Under the pieces are notes generated by a model that was given only the letters and a program-made list of their open reading frames with translations, was not told the origin of the DNA and did not search any database. 30,096 nt of DNA from a virus (Duplodnaviria > Caudoviricetes), in the IMG/VR virus record IMGVR_UViG_3300048558_000060, positions 1 through 30,096 of that record, one strand, 5' to 3'. The translations under genes and the position numbers were made by a program. Shown here piece by piece: positions 26,673-30,096 of the stretch. Position 1 is the stretch's first letter, and each line of letters starts with the position of its first letter.

Positions 26673-26842
26673 TACTGATCCTTCGCCCGTAAAACGTCCT
26701 GCAGCGGCTCCCGCAACAATTCGACGCACAATTGGTTCATGCTCTTGCGTTGCCGCCAGGCCGCGTCGCGGATCGCGGTATGCAGCGAGCGGGGAAGGCG
26801 GACCATAATCACCCGTGGCTTTTCTGCGTGTTTGGGGTTCAC
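26672..26842 (-). CDS. Arc/HicB-like ribbon-helix-helix protein
   Basis: VIMVRLPRSLHTAIRDAAWRQRKSMNQLCVELL; GTG start overlapping the upstream TAG. Confidence 0.75.
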   Translation of the reverse strand: MNPKHAEKPRVIMVRLPRSLHTAIRDAAWRQRKSMNQLCVELLREPLQDVLRAKDQ

Positions 26843-27183
26843 TAGACGGCCTCCAGTTCGTGCTCCCGCGCGTAGGCGTCCAGGTCGTTCTGGGCGGCTT
26901 CCAGCGTTGTCCGCGGCGGCAGGCCCGGCAGGCAAACGGGCTTGCCGTAGCCTTTCGCTCCCTTGCTGTCGGTCTCGAAAAAAGTCCGGTACTTCCCGCT
27001 TCCCCATCGCGTAACCGCGACAAACAACACGCGTCCCTCGGCGTCTCGGTACTTCATGATGCTGCGTGGCATGGCGGTCGGCCTCGCGGGTTGACGGTGG
27101 TGAATCACCGGCACGCCGGCGAAGATGTGTGAAAAGTACTCAATCACCCGCCGCCGCCCGATCGGTTGTTTCATCGGGTCCAT
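26842..27183 (-). CDS. Hypothetical protein
   Basis: AGGAGG RBS before ATG 27183. Confidence 0.6.
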   Translation of the reverse strand: MDPMKQPIGRRRVIEYFSHIFAGVPVIHHRQPARPTAMPRSIMKYRDAEGRVLFVAVTRWGSGKYRTFFETDSKGAKGYGKPVCLPGLPPRTTLEAAQNDLDAYAREHELEAV

Positions 27184-27391
27184 GACTTGGTTCCTCCTGA
27201 CTTGTGGTTCCTGGCTCCTCGCCGCCCGCGACGCGGTGCAGCGCGTCGAAAACTTCCTGCCGATGCACGGGCACGTCCTTCGGTGCCTCGATGCCAAGCC
27301 TCACCTTGTCCCCGCGAATTTCGACCAGCACCACGGTAATGTCGTCGTTGATGACGATCTTTTCACCCTTCTTCCTGCTGAGCACTAACAT
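27140..27391 (-). CDS. csrA: Carbon storage regulator CsrA/RsmA homologue
   Basis: MLVLSRKKGEKIVINDDITVVLVEIRGDKVRLGIEAPKDVPVHRQEV; GGAGG RBS. Confidence 0.95.
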   Translation of the reverse strand: MLVLSRKKGEKIVINDDITVVLVEIRGDKVRLGIEAPKDVPVHRQEVFDALHRVAGGEEPGTTSQEEPSHGPDETTDRAAAGD

Positions 27392-27548
27392 GGCAACCTC
27401 CGTGTCGTTTTGGTTTGTCGTTCGCCACGGCAAACAGCGCCCGGGCGATGATCTGGATAATCTCGTTCCGATTGAATTCGCCGGTCGTGACGTTGGCAAT
27501 TTCCGTCGCCGTGCCGACCGCCAGAGCGTTGATGTCGCGGGCTTTCAT
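27363..27548 (-). CDS. Small hypothetical protein
   Basis: 61 aa ORF tiling between its neighbours. Confidence 0.45.
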   Translation of the reverse strand: MKARDINALAVGTATEIANVTTGEFNRNEIIQIIARALFAVANDKPKRHGGCHVSAQQEEG

Positions 27549-27557
27549 TGTTTGACC

Positions 27558-27821
27558 TTAGTGTTGATATGACGTCGGCGGTGCATCGGATCGGACTCCG
27601 CCAGGACGCTTCTCGGGCGTCGCCACGAAAATTCCGTCGCCAACAACCTCCAACATCGCTTCATCGAGCCACTGGCCTTCCTGTGGCTTGCCGTCCTTAT
27701 CGAGCGGAGGCCGGACGAGCCATTGAATGCAACCATTGATGTACTCGGTTCTCCCTGTGACAATCCCGCTGAGTCCGGTGACCTTGCACCGGACCTGCAA
27801 TCCCATCGCAACTTTGTTCAT
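27558..27821 (-). CDS. Conserved-type small phage protein
   Basis: GGAGG RBS; VRCKVTGLSGIVTGRTEYINGCIQWLVRP...WLDE. Confidence 0.75.
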   Translation of the reverse strand: MNKVAMGLQVRCKVTGLSGIVTGRTEYINGCIQWLVRPPLDKDGKPQEGQWLDEAMLEVVGDGIFVATPEKRPGGVRSDAPPTSYQH

Positions 27822-27844
27822 TAAACTAATCCTCCAGGTTAAAA

Positions 27845-28130
27845 CGCCGCGGCGGCTAGTTGGGCTAGAACATCCGCCGCCACGGCGGCTCTGGGATACA
27901 ACGAGCATCCCGCTGAGCCCACTGACAGATCCATCCATTGCGATTCGGTGTCCGGCCGAAACGCCCAGTGGGTTTAGCGCGATCGCGTTGTAAAACGGCG
28001 CTGCCGGCCTCCCAGCACCCTGCCGATCACTCCAAGCGACGACAGCGGCCGGCCAGCGCCGAATAGGAAAACGGGCCGCCGGGCGCAGCATGGCGGGGCA
28101 GGAACCACGCTGCTTAGAACCCGACGGCCC
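27845..28130 (-). ncRNA. Putative structured leader RNA with tandem long hairpins
   Basis: Stems at 28073-28130, 27997-28060 and 27845-27887 pair with G-U wobbles on the minus strand, each ending in or followed by GTTTT. Confidence 0.45.
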
Positions 28131-28222
28131 TCTCTCGCCGCGGCAGGGGGCAGGACCGCTCGCGGCAAAATGCTGGGAAAATGACGATGCGCACGGAAGG
28201 CTTGCAACCTTGCGTGCGCTGT

Positions 28223-29287
28223 CTAGTTTAAGAATGACGGCTGCGGCACGCGCTCGAGCAGCTCCTCGACCACCTTCGGATTGACGTAGCTGTCGCGCGT
28301 CACGTTGGCCGACTTGTGCCCGAGGATGATCGACGCCAGAAGACCATTTTGCGGCGCCACCCAGGTGCCGAGAAATTTCCGGCAACCGTGAAAGCCAAAC
28401 TGGCGATGCTCCGGGATCCCGCTCGCCGCCATGATTCTCCGCCGACACTCTTGGAGCCAATTCGCCGATTCCGGCCAGTTCAACCAGGGGAAGATCAGCG
28501 GCGAGCGGACGACGTTGGAAAAATCGCGAAGCGGTTCGATCGCCGTACGGGCGTGCGAATTGACGTAGAAGTAGCCGCCCTGCCGGCCACCCTTGTAGGC
28601 GGAAGGCGGGATATTCAGCCATCCGGGATAGTCCCGGTCGAACATGTCCCAGGTCGCCGCCAAGGCCGTGCCGATCCGCGTCCCCGTATTCGGCAGAAAG
28701 ACGAAGAGCGCCCGCCACCAAAGCGGCGCCGGGATGCCGGACAAATTCGTCGTGCCCAAGGCGACCTCGCATGCCGTTTGAATCGCGCCGATCTCGGAAA
28801 GCGAAAAATCGTCGCGGACGGGACGAATCTGCCGCGGCGGCCGCTCCAAGTAGGGCGGTTCGCCCGACAACAGCCCGGCGGCCGTGCGGTTGCGACGCGT
28901 CCGCGGGCCGGCCAGGTCGATCATCTTCTGCAACGGCGTGCAGTGCTTCCGGATCGTGTTCTGCGCCAGCGGTTTGTCGTTCCATCGTCGCTCGGCCAGT
29001 CCGGCCAGGAAACGCGAGCACGTTGTTTGCGTGATTTCTCCGAGCGGCGGGTCGCCCGTGTACTGGACCCACAGCCGCAGCGATTCCTCGTACTGCACGA
29101 TGTTCCGCTTCGCCGCACGCGTCGGCAAAAGGAAGTTCGGAAGCACGAATTCCCGGAAGAATTCCGAGAGCGGCGTCGAGAGCGAAAGCATTCGCGGCCC
29201 CTTTGGCTTGGCTGGGTGCGAAAGCGGATCGTAGAGATGGAGATACGACGGTAGCGAAAGTGCGTGCGTCAACGTCGGTTCGTGCAT
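28223..29287 (-). CDS. Tyrosine recombinase/integrase (start uncertain: 29395, 29287 or 29191)
   Basis: TGTRIG (R), YKGG (K), FHGCRK (HxxR), ILGH (H), RDSY (Y); core-binding region NTIRKH. Confidence 0.9.
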   Translation of the reverse strand: MHEPTLTHALSLPSYLHLYDPLSHPAKPKGPRMLSLSTPLSEFFREFVLPNFLLPTRAAKRNIVQYEESLRLWVQYTGDPPLGEITQTTCSRFLAGLAERRWNDKPLAQNTIRKHCTPLQKMIDLAGPRTRRNRTAAGLLSGEPPYLERPPRQIRPVRDDFSLSEIGAIQTACEVALGTTNLSGIPAPLWWRALFVFLPNTGTRIGTALAATWDMFDRDYPGWLNIPPSAYKGGRQGGYFYVNSHARTAIEPLRDFSNVVRSPLIFPWLNWPESANWLQECRRRIMAASGIPEHRQFGFHGCRKFLGTWVAPQNGLLASIILGHKSANVTRDSYVNPKVVEELLERVPQPSFLN

Positions 29288-29611
29288 CGGCGGCCCCCAC
29301 GAAAACCAGTGAGCGGTTCGCCGCAAGGGTAGCTCGCACAAGGAAGCGAGGCAAATGGTTTTTTCGAATGGCCCGATCCATGCCGCACCGTCCATGCCGC
29401 CCGAGCGATCGTGTCGCCCGTGAGATCCGCGATGGGCACCCTGATGGCCAGCCGGCCGGAGAGTGCTTGACGAGGGTTTTCTACGACCCTATTCGAAGTA
29501 TCGCCTTCGAACGAACGACAATTTACCAAATATCAGAACGATTGCAACAGGACTTGGTAGGAAAATCCCTAAGTCGAGTCCGAAGTGCTTGAGAATCAAG
29601 CAGTTAGCGAA

Positions 29612-29809
29612 TTACTTTTTTCTGAAATTTGGATTTCCGCGGGGCGGCGGCACGAATTTATGGACCGCGGCCTGCTCGATGAGATAGGACTTTCCGACAC
29701 GGCGGGCTGGCAGTAGTCCCATGCGAATGTAGCGGCTGATCATCGTACCGGTGCGGCCGATAACGCCAGCCGCCTCGGGAACCGTGTAATAGCCGGAAAT
29801 CTGAGCCAT
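29612..29809 (-). CDS. Excisionase-like HTH DNA-binding protein
   Basis: YYTVPEAAGVIG...ISRYIRMGLLPARRVGKSYLIE. Confidence 0.85.
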   Translation of the reverse strand: MAQISGYYTVPEAAGVIGRTGTMISRYIRMGLLPARRVGKSYLIEQAAVHKFVPPPRGNPNFRKK

Positions 29810-30062
29810 GCTGACCATGCGCCCAATTGTATCGACTTGGCGCACGTTGTAAAGTAGGGAAAAAGCTGCTCTGGGTGTTAGAAAGCCTCGTCAAGCGGCG
29901 GCCGGACGGTCGTTACCTTCCGTCCCACCCAGGGCAGTTTTTTGTTTCGACATCCCGCGAAAGCGGTGCGACACCCGGACTATATAACCGTGTGTCGATT
30001 TTGCCGCCTTATTCTGTTTATATGGACATAAGTACATATCACGCAAGATGTTACGTCCGTAG

Positions 30063-30096
30063 TGGACAGGGCCGGGATTGAACCGGCGACACACGG
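30063..30096 (-). tRNA. 3' half of a tRNA (Phe-like; anticodon outside the window); possible att site
   Basis: Minus strand CCGTGTGTC-GCCGG-TTCAATC-CCGGC-CCTGTCC-A gives T-arm, acceptor 3' strand and discriminator; no encoded CCA. Confidence 0.85.

Larger units (their letters stand above)
1..30062 (-). mobile_element. Temperate phage/prophage (lambda-type terminase and portal, protease-capsid fusion); continues beyond the left edge
   Basis: Colinear integrase, replication, terminase and head modules on one strand, ending at a tRNA 3' end. Confidence 0.93.

Noticed and set aside
27558-29381. 607 aa minus-strand ORF overlapping the integrase
   Set aside because: Only the last 87 codons (from ATG 27821, with RBS) look protein-like; the rest is Arg/Ala-rich off-frame sequence
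29467-29495. TTGACG-17-TATTCG plus-strand promoter candidate
   Set aside because: The -10 lacks the conserved final T and no credible downstream gene exists

Overview
The window is about 30 kb of a temperate tailed-phage genome, probably a prophage next to a tRNA 3' end at the right edge. The host is likely a Planctomycete, inferred from a csrA homologue, a PT-x-A-x-PG motif protein and a Cys-rich secreted mini-protein. Almost all genes lie on the minus strand. From right to left they are: HTH excisionase-like gene, tyrosine recombinase, a structured ~400-nt non-coding region, then early/replication genes (CsrA, RHH, SNF2-like helicase, DNA methyltransferase, an initiator with internal 21-bp iterons, DUF2303-like pair, DUF5131, ASCH). 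Next come a late promoter/terminator, a block in the lysis position with no recognisable endolysin but an HNH nuclease and a papain-family protease, lambda-type terminase subunits, a double Zn-ribbon (Ogr/Delta-like) protein and a ParB-N protein. The head genes follow: gpW-like, lambda-type portal, protease-capsid fusion and an extended DUF2190 protein. Three things stand out. (1) A plus-strand operon sits between terminase and portal, with a near-consensus sigma70 promoter and an 18-20 bp element repeated before four genes; it starts with a truncated clamp-loader-like ATPase and lies next to a candidate relocated packaging site. (2) The late promoter is enclosed by a perfect 14-bp inverted repeat that overlaps a terminator arm, suggesting an RNA switch or an invertible promoter. 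(3) The putative lysis block is protease-centred. All calls come from motif reading by eye; no database searches were run.
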